A stretch of 64,000 nucleotides of DNA from Bacteroidales bacterium (GCA_017469625.1 JAFUGA010000027.1:7628-71627), one strand, 5' to 3'; shown: positions 1-9,292, counted from the first letter of the stretch. The notes: a model not told the origin generated them from the sequence alone. A program made the numbers and translations.

Positions 1-63
1 TGAGCAAATGCACTTAACCCAAAAACAAGTAATAATGCTAAATTGACTATAATCTTTTTCATC
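1..63 (-). CDS. 5' end of a hypothetical secreted protein (partial, continues beyond window edge)
   Basis: Reverse complement of 1-63 reads MKKIIVNLALLLVFGLSAFAQ, a typical signal peptide. The ORF runs off the window. Confidence 0.4.
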
Positions 64-67
64 TTGT

Positions 68-790
68 TTAATAATTTTTCCAATTTCTAAATCTCAAAGA
101 GAACACTCCAAAGAAAGCCTCTTTAAATATTTTCATACTCATCTTGCTTTGACCGAGAACCCTATCTGTAAATATTATAGGTACTTCTTTTATCTTTGCA
201 CCAAGTTTCCAAGCGGTGTATTTCATTTCTATCTGAAAAGCATAGCCTACAAACTTTATTTTGTCAAAGTTTATGCGTTGTAACAGTTCTTTTCTATAGC
301 AAACAAATCCAGCAGTAGCATCGCAAACCTTCATACCCAAGACTTTCCTTACATAAACCGAAGCATAGTAAGACATAATTACACGTCCTATAGGCCAATT
401 GACAACAGATATTTTGCCGTCCAAATACCTTGAACCTATGCTTAAGTCAGCACCTTCTTTGCAAGCCTTGTACAAGTTCATCAAATCTTTTGGTGGGTGA
501 GAAAAGTCTGCATCCATTTCAAAAACATAGTCATAGTTCCTTTCCAAAGCCCATTTGAAACCATGTATATAGGCTGTACCCAAACCCAACTTACCTTTTC
601 TCTGCTCAAGAAACAATCTGTTAGGATATTCTTGCATAAGATTTTTCACAATATCCGCCGTACCATCTGGCGAATTGTCATCTATGATAAGAATATCAAA
701 CTCTTGTTCAAGATTGAAAACATACTTTATAATGTTTTCTATGTTTTCTCTCTCTTTGTACGTTGGTATGATTACTATACTGTCGGACAT
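68..790 (-). CDS. GT2 polyprenol-phosphate mannosyl/glucosyl transferase (DPM1/GtrB-like)
   Basis: 240 aa. Motifs IIPTYKEREN, IIDDNSPDGT and EMDADFSHPP are typical of dolichyl/polyprenyl-phosphate sugar synthases. Confidence 0.85.
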   Translation of the reverse strand: MSDSIVIIPTYKERENIENIIKYVFNLEQEFDILIIDDNSPDGTADIVKNLMQEYPNRLFLEQRKGKLGLGTAYIHGFKWALERNYDYVFEMDADFSHPPKDLMNLYKACKEGADLSIGSRYLDGKISVVNWPIGRVIMSYYASVYVRKVLGMKVCDATAGFVCYRKELLQRINFDKIKFVGYAFQIEMKYTAWKLGAKIKEVPIIFTDRVLGQSKMSMKIFKEAFFGVFSLRFRNWKNY

Positions 791-796
791 ATTCTT

Positions 797-2203
797 TTAC
801 TGTTGTTTTTTCTTAAAAGTTAATAAAGCACCCAAAGACGGCGAGTCCATAGGATTTTTCACTATCTTGCCCTCTGGGTTTATAAGTACAAAAGTAGGAA
901 AGGTTCTTATATGAAACTTCTCAAAAATATCGTAGTTATTATCAAAATAAACAAAATCCCACTTGTATTTGTTGCCAACTTTATTGTTTTTTATAAAGTT
1001 GTACATTTTTTCGTAATTATCAGAACAACAGATAGTAAGTACATCGCAATAGTCCTTTATAGAGTCGTAACAAAAATGCACTCCCTCCATTTCTTTCAAA
1101 GATATTTCTTGGTCAAATCTTATGAAACAAACTATAAGAGTTTTATCCTTTATGAACTTGTTTAGAGGTACTTTTTGTCCGTCTATATCTTTGACTTCTA
1201 AGTCTTTAATATCCGAATTTTCTGCATTTATATTGCTCAACACATCTACAAGATTTTGGGCTATTTGTTTGTGTGCTTCAAACTTTGTAATACCTACAAA
1301 CTGTTCTAACATCTGCAAAACCAACTTCCTATCAAAATAACCGTCCAAATACGCATCTTTCATTCCCTGCAAGAAGACAAACTCTCTAAATACCTCATTT
1401 TCCAATACTTTATCTCTACCCAAAGCATCGTTGAAAGCGTTGTAATTCTTGCTTGCCAACCAATTTTCAATATCTTTGCGTTTTATGTATTTGTAACCCT
1501 TTGAGAAATATTTGCTGAATATGTTTTTAAAACAGTCTGTGTAGGCTAAGTTGTTGTATAATATAGGCTTATGTGCAAAAAGAGAGTCTTTTAGGCTTGC
1601 TCTACTTTTTATAGCAAAGGCGTAATCAACATTTGCAACACTATATACAACATAGTTTTTTATATAATCGTTATCTTTGTAAATTTCTATAAGAGAGTCT
1701 TTTAAAGAATGTAAAGAGGCTATGGTAGAAGAGTCTTTAACAAACAACAATCTTTGATTATCAACTATAAAATCGTTCAACACCATATCCACGTCAAACA
1801 TAGGCAAATTTATACCGTCATACCTTTCCATAGTCAATGAACATGGAAGCACCTTACCGTATGCAAGCCCAAGCAAAGAATCTTCCTTAGATAGCGAAAA
1901 ATCATCTATTTGCAGATGATATTTTGTACCGGGTTTGGTTACAAAAGAGTAGGACATAAAATCTATTTTCACCACAACACTTCTTTCACCCGAAAGAGTT
2001 ATAGCAAAAGAAAACGTGCTATCCTCTTCGGATAATTTCAATACCTGTTCTTCTTTTTGTTTCTCTGAAATATCGTCCGCTATGGAATATAACTTAACTG
2101 CCTTACCCTTAATATCTTTGCCCTCTCCACTAATATACACGTTTTGGGCAAAAACCAAAGGTTGAACAGCAAATAATATTAAAACCAATAATAATTTTTT
2201 CAT
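797..2203 (-). CDS. secreted protein with C-terminal thioredoxin-fold (TlpA/redoxin-like) domain lacking CxxC
   Basis: 468 aa. Signal peptide MKKLLLVLILFAVQPLVFAQ. C-terminal region (LIVCFIRFDQE...TFPTFVLINPEGKIV) resembles a redoxin fold, but no CxxC is present at the expected position. Confidence 0.5.
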   Translation of the reverse strand: MKKLLLVLILFAVQPLVFAQNVYISGEGKDIKGKAVKLYSIADDISEKQKEEQVLKLSEEDSTFSFAITLSGERSVVVKIDFMSYSFVTKPGTKYHLQIDDFSLSKEDSLLGLAYGKVLPCSLTMERYDGINLPMFDVDMVLNDFIVDNQRLLFVKDSSTIASLHSLKDSLIEIYKDNDYIKNYVVYSVANVDYAFAIKSRASLKDSLFAHKPILYNNLAYTDCFKNIFSKYFSKGYKYIKRKDIENWLASKNYNAFNDALGRDKVLENEVFREFVFLQGMKDAYLDGYFDRKLVLQMLEQFVGITKFEAHKQIAQNLVDVLSNINAENSDIKDLEVKDIDGQKVPLNKFIKDKTLIVCFIRFDQEISLKEMEGVHFCYDSIKDYCDVLTICCSDNYEKMYNFIKNNKVGNKYKWDFVYFDNNYDIFEKFHIRTFPTFVLINPEGKIVKNPMDSPSLGALLTFKKKQQ

Positions 2204-2207
2204 ACTA

Positions 2208-2215
2208 CAAAGATA
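2208..2215 (-). promoter_or_regulatory. Bacteroidota -7 promoter box TATCTTTG (TAnnTTTG), 4 nt upstream of the ATG at 2203
   Basis: Plus strand reads CAAAGATA, so the minus strand reads TATCTTTG. This matches the TAnnTTTG consensus of Bacteroides-type sigma-A promoters. Confidence 0.4.
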
Positions 2216-2425
2216 ATATATTTTTTTCTAACAGCAACATATAAAGCGAATAAATGCTCAAAAAAATATTCTTTGATTAGAAAATATAGATAACTGTTGT
2301 AATATGTAATATCTTAATATTAAAGTATTTATATACTATAATTAAATGTGCTTCTTCACCAATATACTTATAACCAACAAAATTACTACCATAGGAAAAT
2401 AACCCCATACTCTATTATGCATAAA

Positions 2426-2698
2426 CAAAATTTCGCTCGTGTGTAACTTTGTTTTAATTTTCTATCTCTTTGTTTTAATTTCACGAAACAAAGAAAGAGA
2501 ATTCTAAAACTTTGTTTTAATTTTCTGAAACGAAGAGATAGAAAGTTAGAATCAAGTTCTACGAAATTAAAACAAAGTTCTACAAAAATAGAATAAAGAG
2601 ATAGAATTTTAAAACGAAGTTACATACGAGCGAAACAAAGTTTTGCGAGCGTGAAACAAGACTTTGTGAGATTAAAATCAAGTTTTATTTTATTCGGG
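2426..2698. repeat. phased 21-bp repeat array, copy A (13 units, about 200-bp palindromic core)
   Basis: Parses without gaps into 21-mers starting at 2426, 2447, 2468 ... 2678, e.g. CTTTGTTTTAATTTTCTATCT, CAAAGTTCTACAAAAATAGAA and TAAAGAGATAGAATTTTAAAA. Segment 2431-2457 is the reverse complement of 2609-2635 at 25/27 positions. Confidence 0.9.
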
Positions 2699-2854
2699 TC
2701 TTACAGGTCAGCAAAAACTTTAAGGAGTTTAAAATAAAAACAAAATTTGGTAAATTTTTTTTTGTGTCTAATAGTTTGATAATCAAAGAATAGACTTAAA
2801 ATTCTCTTTCACCCACAAAAAAAAATCAACAAAAAACGTAACCTTAAAGACGAA

Positions 2855-2905
2855 AAAAACGTACCAAACAAACATTGCTTTGTGCAGTTTGTTTGGTACG
2901 TTTTT
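2855..2905. terminator. perfect 19-bp stem hairpin with flanking A/T runs (bidirectional terminator-like), core of a longer palindrome 2824-2930
   Basis: AAAAACGTACCAAACAAAC (2855-2873), a 13-nt loop, then GTTTGTTTGGTACGTTTTT (2887-2905). Outer arms AATCAACAA...TTGTTGATT extend the pairing. Confidence 0.4.
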
Positions 2906-3388
2906 CAGTCAAAGGTTAAACTTGTTGATTTTCATTATTTTCCGATTTTTCACAAAATTTTCATTTTTTAGGTTTTTACTACTGTTAAAACTTTGTGCAG
3001 AAATACAGTAACATAATAAAATTTTTACTCTGAAACATAAAAATCAAATTGTTTTCATTATCTTATTATTATACTGTGTTTTGTAGAGATATTATCTTTT
3101 GATAATAAACTCTTTTTTAAGAATAACTATGTTATTTTTTAATAAACTCTATAAGTTTAATTCTTTTATAGTTAGTTATTTACAAAGTTTAACTAAAGTA
3201 GTACTTTATGTAAATCTTGTAATATATCTGTAATATAGTGAATTAACTATTTTTATTTTAACAATATATCTTAAAAAATAACTTATAACATTATAAAACA
3301 ATCGTTTATATTGATTACCTCAAGTAAATTACTTTAGGTAAACCTTGTAACATATATGATAAACAAGTAATTAACTTTTTTTTACTTA

Positions 3389-5230
3389 CTATTCTTTTTC
3401 TGTATGGTAAAAATTCCAAACCTTTAGAGCTTTGCTTTTGCCGATACAGTCTGTTAAGGATTGTAGAGTAGCAATTTTTATCTTCTCTACAGAAGAGAAT
3501 TTTAGCAATAAATCTCTCGCTGTTTTTTCTCCTATACCCTCTATATCTGTAAGTTGTGTCTTAAAAGTGGCTTTGCTTCTCTTATCTCTATGGAACGTTA
3601 TACCAAATCTATGAGCCTCGTCCCTTATATGCTGAATTATTTGCAGAGTATGGCACCTTTTGTCCAAACAAATAGGTATTGGGTCGTTTGGAAAATAAAT
3701 CTCTTCCAATCTTTTTGCCAAGCCTATGACGGTAACCTTGTCCAAAACACCGGCTTTTTTCAATGCCTCGCAAGCACTGTGCAACTGTCCTTTTCCTCCA
3801 TCTATTACGATAAGGTCTGGCAAAGGTTTGCCCTCGTTTTCCAAACGTGAATACCTCCTATAGACTATCTCACGCATAGAAGCGAAGTCATCGGGTCCTA
3901 CAACTGTTTTTACGTTGAAATGTCTGTACTCTTTGTTTGACGGTTTGCCCTCACGGAAGACAACACAAGAGGCAACAGGGTTAGTTCCTTGAATATTAGA
4001 GTTATCAAAGCATTCTATATGATGTGGAGGTTTTTCAAGGTGAAGGTCTTTCTGCATCTCCAAAACAACTTTATTGCTCCAACGTTCAGGGTCAAGTATC
4101 TTGGCTTTTTTTATCTTTTGATTTCTGTAAAACAATGTGTTATGCAAAGAAAAATCCAAAATCTTTTTCTTCTCACCAGAAAGAGGTACAGTCTGCAAAA
4201 CATAGTCTTTTGGTAAATCTAAATACTCTGGTACTATGATTTCTTTGCTCAGCCACCCTTTGTCTATACGGTTCTGAACTATAGCCATAGTAAAGGTTTC
4301 CAAAGCAGAAATATCAAGTTTCTTTTCTATACTTACAGAAAATGAAGTGTTTATCTTGCCCTCAACAACCTTAGTCATATTCATATATATCTTGTCGCTG
4401 TCGTCTATAAAAGAGTAACATTCTATCTCTTTCACGGTGTTGGAAACTATGGCACTCATAGCCGAATAGTTTTCCAACAAGGTTATCTTCTCTTTTATTT
4501 GCTGGGCTTTTTCAAACTGTAGTTTGTCGGCGTATTCCATCATCTTGTCTTTCATTTCATTGAGATAAGAAGAGAAATTGCCCTTGATTATCTGTCGTAT
4601 TCCGTTTATTTCCTTATGGTATTCCACTCGGGATTGTTCGCCTGTGCAAGGGGAAAGACAAAGTCCTATTTGTGCATTCAGACAAGAAGAGTATTTGCCC
4701 TTGTTTATGCTTTCTTCTGTAAGAGGTAGGTTACAAGTGCGGTAAGTGAAAACTCTACGAATTAGGCTCAAAAGTTCTTTAAGTATCTTACCACTTGGAT
4801 AAGGTCCATAATACTGAGAACCGTCTTTGACTTGATGTCTTGTAGAATAGATTTTAGGAAACTCTTCGTTGGTAATCCTTATCCACGGATAAGTTTTGTC
4901 ATCTTTGAGCATTATGTTATACTTTGGTTGAAACTTTTTTATAAGGTTGTTCTCCATAAGAAGAGCCTCTGTTTCAGTATTAACATGTATGAATTTTATA
5001 TCCGCAATCTTTCTTACAAGTATCTGAGTTTTAAGACTATGCTGTGTATCGTTGCGAAAATAGGATAGTACTCTTGCTTTCAGATTTTTTGCCTTGCCTA
5101 CATAGATTATCTTCCCATTCTTGTCAAAATACTGATACACTCCCGGAGTAGATGGTAAAGAGGCAAGAATGGGAAGAATGTGTTGATTGTAAGGGTTGTT
5201 CTCAAGAATTTTGTATGGATTATTTAGCAT
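3389..5230 (-). CDS. uvrC: excinuclease ABC subunit C
   Basis: 613 aa. GIY-YIG motif (GVYQYFDKNGKIIYVGKAKNLKARV), central UVR/endonuclease region, C-terminal helix-hairpin-helix (IEGIGEKTARDLL). Confidence 0.95.
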   Translation of the reverse strand: MLNNPYKILENNPYNQHILPILASLPSTPGVYQYFDKNGKIIYVGKAKNLKARVLSYFRNDTQHSLKTQILVRKIADIKFIHVNTETEALLMENNLIKKFQPKYNIMLKDDKTYPWIRITNEEFPKIYSTRHQVKDGSQYYGPYPSGKILKELLSLIRRVFTYRTCNLPLTEESINKGKYSSCLNAQIGLCLSPCTGEQSRVEYHKEINGIRQIIKGNFSSYLNEMKDKMMEYADKLQFEKAQQIKEKITLLENYSAMSAIVSNTVKEIECYSFIDDSDKIYMNMTKVVEGKINTSFSVSIEKKLDISALETFTMAIVQNRIDKGWLSKEIIVPEYLDLPKDYVLQTVPLSGEKKKILDFSLHNTLFYRNQKIKKAKILDPERWSNKVVLEMQKDLHLEKPPHHIECFDNSNIQGTNPVASCVVFREGKPSNKEYRHFNVKTVVGPDDFASMREIVYRRYSRLENEGKPLPDLIVIDGGKGQLHSACEALKKAGVLDKVTVIGLAKRLEEIYFPNDPIPICLDKRCHTLQIIQHIRDEAHRFGITFHRDKRSKATFKTQLTDIEGIGEKTARDLLLKFSSVEKIKIATLQSLTDCIGKSKALKVWNFYHTEKE

Positions 5231-5732
5231 TCTTGTAGTCTTTCAGATTAGATTTCTTAACCATTACACCTATATCCATTATACCTACAAGTTTGCTGTA
5301 TTTTCCAAGATTGGTAAGAGATATAGTGTAAACGCCTTTTTCAGGTAAGGAAACGAAATGTTTTACTTGGTCTTCCACGTCTATCAAATCTCCCATAGCA
5401 TCACCAACCCATTTTTTATCAAAACGGTCGCGTAATTTTATAGTATGAACAGACTCTCTGGATATTCCACTTGGATAGATTACTTTCATAAGCACTTTAA
5501 CCTTGTTTTCGTTTATGAAAGGTGCGTGCCTTAGGGTTACATATATGTCATATACACTTGTGGTGTCTTCTATCTCTATATCGGAAAAAGTAACTGTGTT
5601 GTCCTTTGTTAGTCTGTCCCAAGTATTGTCTGAAAAGGTTTCCCTACTCTGATAAACCTTGTCTTTGCCACAAGATGATACTATTGTAGTCAAGCAAATG
5701 ACAAAGACAAAGTACAACAAATATTTTCTCAT
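5220..5732 (-). CDS. small lipoprotein, GldH-like (tentative)
   Basis: 170 aa. Lipobox VSSC. Size and C-terminal pattern (LVGIMDIGVMVKK) resemble the gliding-motility lipoprotein GldH family. Overlaps the uvrC start by 11 nt. Confidence 0.45.
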   Translation of the reverse strand: MRKYLLYFVFVICLTTIVSSCGKDKVYQSRETFSDNTWDRLTKDNTVTFSDIEIEDTTSVYDIYVTLRHAPFINENKVKVLMKVIYPSGISRESVHTIKLRDRFDKKWVGDAMGDLIDVEDQVKHFVSLPEKGVYTISLTNLGKYSKLVGIMDIGVMVKKSNLKDYKNAK

Positions 5733-6688
5733 TATAAACTGTTTATATAGTTTGTAACGTTCTTTTCTATACGTTCAACGATATTGCCTTCAGAGTTTTC
5801 TTTTACAAATTTCTCTCCTGTGATATGTTCGTAAAGTTCTATGTAACGATTAGATATGTTCTCTATGATTTCATCTGTCATCTCAGGAACAGTTTGTCCT
5901 TCTTTGCCTTGGAAATTGTTTTCCATAAGCCATTCTCTTACAAATTCTTTACTTAGTTGGCGTTGTTTTTCTCCTTTTTGTTGTCTTTCTTCATAACCAT
6001 CAAGGTAGAAATAACGAGAAGAGTCTGGTGTGTGTATTTCATCTATAAGGTATATTTTGCCGTCATATTTTCCAAACTCGTACTTTGTATCTACAAGAAT
6101 AAGACCTCTTTGTTTTGCAACTTCACTACCTCTTGCAAATAGTTTCAAAGCGTATTGCTCTATTTGTTCGTAATCTTCTTTGGATATTAGGCCTTGTTCT
6201 ATGATTTCTTGTTTTGAAATGTTTTCATCATGACCTGCATCGGCTTTTGTTGTGGGTGTAATGACAGGAGTAGGAAACATATCGTTTTCTTTCATACCCT
6301 CTGGTAAAGCTACACCACAAAGTTCTCTGCAACCTTCTTTGTATGCTCTGTAAGCACTACCTGCCAAATAGCCTCTTACTATCATCTCTACTTTGAAAGG
6401 TTCGCACATCCTACCTACTGTAACCATAGGGTCTGGAGTTGCTATCTTCCAATTAGGAACTATATCCTGTGTAATATCAAGAAACTTTGCTGCAATCTGA
6501 TTAAGTATTTGTCCTTTGAAAGGTATTCCTTTTGGTAATACAACATCAAATGCAGAAATTCTGTCCGTTACAACCATAGCAAGATATTTGTTATCAATGT
6601 TATATACATCTCTTACCTTGCCTTCGTATAGGCTTTTTTGACCTTTAAAATTAAAGTTTGTTTTTGTTACTGCTTGCATAGAATTCAA
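5732..6688 (-). CDS. purC: phosphoribosylaminoimidazole-succinocarboxamide (SAICAR) synthase
   Basis: 318 aa. [10 protein letters not shown]...TDRISAFD...[12 protein letters not shown] motifs of the long-form PurC. Confidence 0.9.
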   Translation of the reverse strand: MNSMQAVTKTNFNFKGQKSLYEGKVRDVYNIDNKYLAMVVTDRISAFDVVLPKGIPFKGQILNQIAAKFLDITQDIVPNWKIATPDPMVTVGRMCEPFKVEMIVRGYLAGSAYRAYKEGCRELCGVALPEGMKENDMFPTPVITPTTKADAGHDENISKQEIIEQGLISKEDYEQIEQYALKLFARGSEVAKQRGLILVDTKYEFGKYDGKIYLIDEIHTPDSSRYFYLDGYEERQQKGEKQRQLSKEFVREWLMENNFQGKEGQTVPEMTDEIIENISNRYIELYEHITGEKFVKENSEGNIVERIEKNVTNYINSL

Positions 6689-6723
6689 AAATATATAAAG
6701 TTAAAAATTAAAAATTCAGTCTG

Positions 6724-6731
6724 CAAAGATA
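6724..6731 (-). promoter_or_regulatory. -7 promoter box TATCTTTG upstream of purC
   Basis: Plus strand reads CAAAGATA. Located 35 nt upstream of the ATG at 6688. Confidence 0.45.
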
Positions 6732-6793
6732 CATTTTTTTATCAATAGATAGAAAAAAAACGTTTAAAAAACTTGTAAATACCAAATTTTTAC

Positions 6794-6801
6794 TATCTTT
6801 G
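6794..6801 (+). promoter_or_regulatory. -7 promoter box TATCTTTG upstream of the OmpA-family gene
   Basis: TAnnTTTG match 29 nt upstream of the ATG at 6831. Confidence 0.45.
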
Positions 6802-6830
6802 CACCGAATAAACAAACAATTAAATATATT

Positions 6831-8102
6831 ATGAAAAGGATAATAACAATATTATTAGTATTGCTTTTAGTCGCACCTTGTGTTTCTGCTCAGACTGTAA
6901 AGAAAAAGAAAAAGAAGGTGAAAAAGCAAGAAGTTGTTGAGAAACCTTTGGAAATTGCACTTCCACCACGTTCGGCGGATTGTTTGTTTGCGATGTCTTT
7001 GATGTTGGATTCTGCTTTTGGACCAACAGAACCATTGCAGGGAGCAGGATTTGTGGAAGATATAAAAAGAGATGCTCAAACCAAAAATGTTTTTGAACAA
7101 GAACATAACACAGTTTGGTACAAAATAGATTGTCCTTATAGTGGAAAACTTATTATAGATATAAAACCAAAAAGTGAATTGGACGATTATGATTTTTTGG
7201 TTTATAAATATACAGACAAATATTTTTGCAATAGGGTAGAGAAGAACAGAGTTAAACCTATAAGAAGTGTTATGTCTTCTGTAAATGGTACTCTTAAAGG
7301 TGCAACAGGTCTTTCTCTTACAGGTACTTCTGCTTTTATTTCTAAGTCTTCTACAGATGCTTATGGAAAATATATAGATGTAGAACAAGGAGAGTCCTAT
7401 ATAATTGTGCTTGACAATTTGCAAGACGGAGGTTTGGGACACACTATAAAGGCAGAGATTTATACTCAACATCATCCTTTGTATATAAATCCAATAGATA
7501 GTATTGCAAAACAAAGAACTACCGCTAACATAAGAGTAAAAGAAAGTGGTACAGATATAGAAATGCTTAACGTTATAGATGCCGGTAGCACTAAGATAAA
7601 ACTTCTGCCAAACAAATCATACGATATTTATGTTACAAAGAATGGTTATTTCAATTATTTCAGACATATATCTTACGATGATGCAACAGGTAAAGATACT
7701 ATCCTTACAGTAAGACTTTCTGAGATAAAAGTAGGTTCAAATATTCCTTTGAAAGGTGACCTTTATTTTGAAGAAAAAGAAGATGGTACAGTGGCTATGT
7801 TACCAGAAAGTAACGTTGTTTTGGACGATATAGTTAAGACTTTGTTATTGTACCCTAATATAAATGTAGAAATAGTTGGAAGAATAACAACTGATGGTTT
7901 AGACCTTAGAAAAGATAACGAGAATTCAAAGAAAAGAGCAGAGGCTATAAAAGAATATCTTGTATCTGAAGGAGTACCAGAATCAAATATTACTACAAGA
8001 GGTTCTTCAAACAAAGAACTTTTGAAGCAGATAGATAATCAAAACAAGTTGAACTCTACTATATTTCCACGTTGTGAAATAATAATAAAGAGTTTAAGAT
8101 AA
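6831..8102 (+). CDS. OmpA-family protein (signal peptide, lysine-rich linker, C-terminal OmpA-like peptidoglycan-binding domain)
   Basis: 423 aa. Signal peptide ...APCVSAQ followed by TVKKKKKKVKKQ. C-terminus NVEIVGRITTDG...NSKKRAEAIKEYLVSEGV is OmpA_C-like. Confidence 0.7.
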   Translation: MKRIITILLVLLLVAPCVSAQTVKKKKKKVKKQEVVEKPLEIALPPRSADCLFAMSLMLDSAFGPTEPLQGAGFVEDIKRDAQTKNVFEQEHNTVWYKIDCPYSGKLIIDIKPKSELDDYDFLVYKYTDKYFCNRVEKNRVKPIRSVMSSVNGTLKGATGLSLTGTSAFISKSSTDAYGKYIDVEQGESYIIVLDNLQDGGLGHTIKAEIYTQHHPLYINPIDSIAKQRTTANIRVKESGTDIEMLNVIDAGSTKIKLLPNKSYDIYVTKNGYFNYFRHISYDDATGKDTILTVRLSEIKVGSNIPLKGDLYFEEKEDGTVAMLPESNVVLDDIVKTLLLYPNINVEIVGRITTDGLDLRKDNENSKKRAEAIKEYLVSEGVPESNITTRGSSNKELLKQIDNQNKLNSTIFPRCEIIIKSLR

Positions 8103-8225
8103 AAAAATGATAAATTTATTTTATTGAAACACAGAGAAAAACAAAAAAAAATAAAAATTTTTTAAAAAAATATACAATAATAAAATAAACTTAACGTTTT
8201 AGACTTGTTCTTAGAAAGAAAATAA

Positions 8226-8296
8226 TGTCCCATAGTGTAGTGGCAACACGAGAGATTCTGGCTCTCTTAACTCAAGTTCGAATCTTGATGGGACAA
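8226..8296 (+). tRNA. tRNA-Gln (anticodon CUG)
   Basis: Manual cloverleaf. Acceptor 8226-8232 pairs with 8289-8295 (U1-A72). D stem 8235-8238/8246-8249. Anticodon stem 8251-8255/8263-8267 with loop TTCTGGC (CTG at 8258-8260). T stem 8272-8276/8284-8288 with loop TTCGAAT. No encoded CCA. Confidence 0.8.
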
Positions 8297-8301
8297 CAAA
8301 G

Positions 8302-8339
8302 GGAGGTAATTTTTAAAAGTTATCTCCTTTATTTTTTTT
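8302..8339 (+). terminator. rho-independent terminator after tRNA-Gln
   Basis: GGAGGTAA (8302-8309) pairs with TTATCTCC (8320-8327, one G-T pair), followed by a T-rich run. Confidence 0.55.
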
Positions 8340-8599
8340 ATAATGATTATACTCTGTTAGGATAAGTATATACTATGCTATTACATATATTTCTATTACA
8401 ATAACTAAGTATTCATCTTATGAAATTTTTATACATTTTCTTAACACTTCCGCACCACCTTTGCACAACAAGTAGTGAGTTGTTCAAGATTTAGAGATAA
8501 GTTTTTTAATTCTATTTTTTGTAAAAGAAACTTTTGTATTTAGATAAAAAAAAGACGATAACAAAATTACCGTCCCAATAAAAAGAGAAAAATTATCGT

Positions 8600-9127
8600 T
8601 TAATCAATCAATGTACTTAAATCAAAATACATAGGAATAGTAACACTTTCTACAGGTTTCTCTTTTAATAAAGGACGAAAACCATTATGTTGATAAAAAC
8701 CTATAGCAGAAGGTAATGCATCTACCGTAACAAAACAACAACCTGTACGATTGTTTGTAACAAATAATCTTTTGATAAAGTAAAGAATTTCAGAGCCTAA
8801 ATTATGTCTTTGATAATTTTTACTAATACCTAAACGTCCTATCTTAACAGCAGGATAATCTTTTCTATGTTTGCGATGTGGAAAAATATTTTTAATCTTT
8901 CGCCATGTTGCCTTATCAGAATCTTCAAATGAAATTCTGTCATTTGAAACAGAGAAGTAACCTACAATATCTTGGTCTGTCTCTATAATATATGTAACAG
9001 ATAAAAGATGTTTTAAATAATTTTTTGCATCATTAAGTAAAAAATCATTTAAATCTCCTTCACCACAATCAAAAGAAGAAAAATGGTAATCTTGTGTCAA
9101 TCTTACAATTCTTATGTTATCTTCCAT
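8600..9127 (-). CDS. GNAT-family acetyltransferase, TacT/AtaT-like toxin architecture
   Basis: 175 aa. N-terminal FDCGEGDLNDFLLNDA motif. Acetyl-CoA region IGRLGISKNYQRHNLGSEIL and VDALPSAIGFYQHNGF. This layout is typical of GNAT toxins of type II TA systems. Confidence 0.7.
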   Translation of the reverse strand: MEDNIRIVRLTQDYHFSSFDCGEGDLNDFLLNDAKNYLKHLLSVTYIIETDQDIVGYFSVSNDRISFEDSDKATWRKIKNIFPHRKHRKDYPAVKIGRLGISKNYQRHNLGSEILYFIKRLFVTNNRTGCCFVTVDALPSAIGFYQHNGFRPLLKEKPVESVTIPMYFDLSTLID

Positions 9128-9133
9128 ATATTT

Positions 9134-9292
9134 TTATATGTCAAACGTAAGCCAAGACTTTAATTTTTGATAAGCCTCTTCCATTTTCTCTTTTTCTTCT
9201 TGCGACACCTTTTCAGCTTCTTCCATTGCCTTAACGAAGTTAAACGCATCTTCGCCTTTTAGTACAGGTGTTGGTTCTATTGGTCTTGCCAT
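9134..9292 (-). CDS. 52-aa acidic helical protein, candidate partner/antitoxin of the GNAT (not in ORF track)
   Basis: Hand translation: MARPIEPTPVLKGEDAFNFVKAMEEAEKVSQEEKEKMEEAYQKLKSWLTFDI. The stop lies 6 nt before the GNAT ATG. Confidence 0.45.
   Translation of the reverse strand: MARPIEPTPVLKGEDAFNFVKAMEEAEKVSQEEKEKMEEAYQKLKSWLTFDI

Noticed and set aside
2426-2698. 21-bp units as plasmid- or chromosome-type iterons, i.e. a replication origin
   Set aside because: Nine dispersed copies in 64 kb, no adjacent rep, dnaA or par genes and no DnaA-box-like motifs. One copy lies inside a CDS.
6898-6930. A-rich run encoding KKKKKKVKK in the OmpA-family gene as a slippage or phase-variation site
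   Set aside because: The run is interrupted (aagaaaaagaaaaagaaggtgaaaaag) rather than homopolymeric, and lysine-rich linkers after signal peptides are common.
6867-7514. 215-aa minus-strand ORF (and similar antisense ORFs, e.g. 10196-10603, 46016-46309, 50287-50664, 50680-51120, 59173-59466)
   Set aside because: Each lies fully inside a longer, well-supported CDS on the opposite strand (OmpA-family, wzx, groEL, antiporter, lpdA) and has no recognisable motifs. These are typical shadow ORFs of an AT-rich genome.
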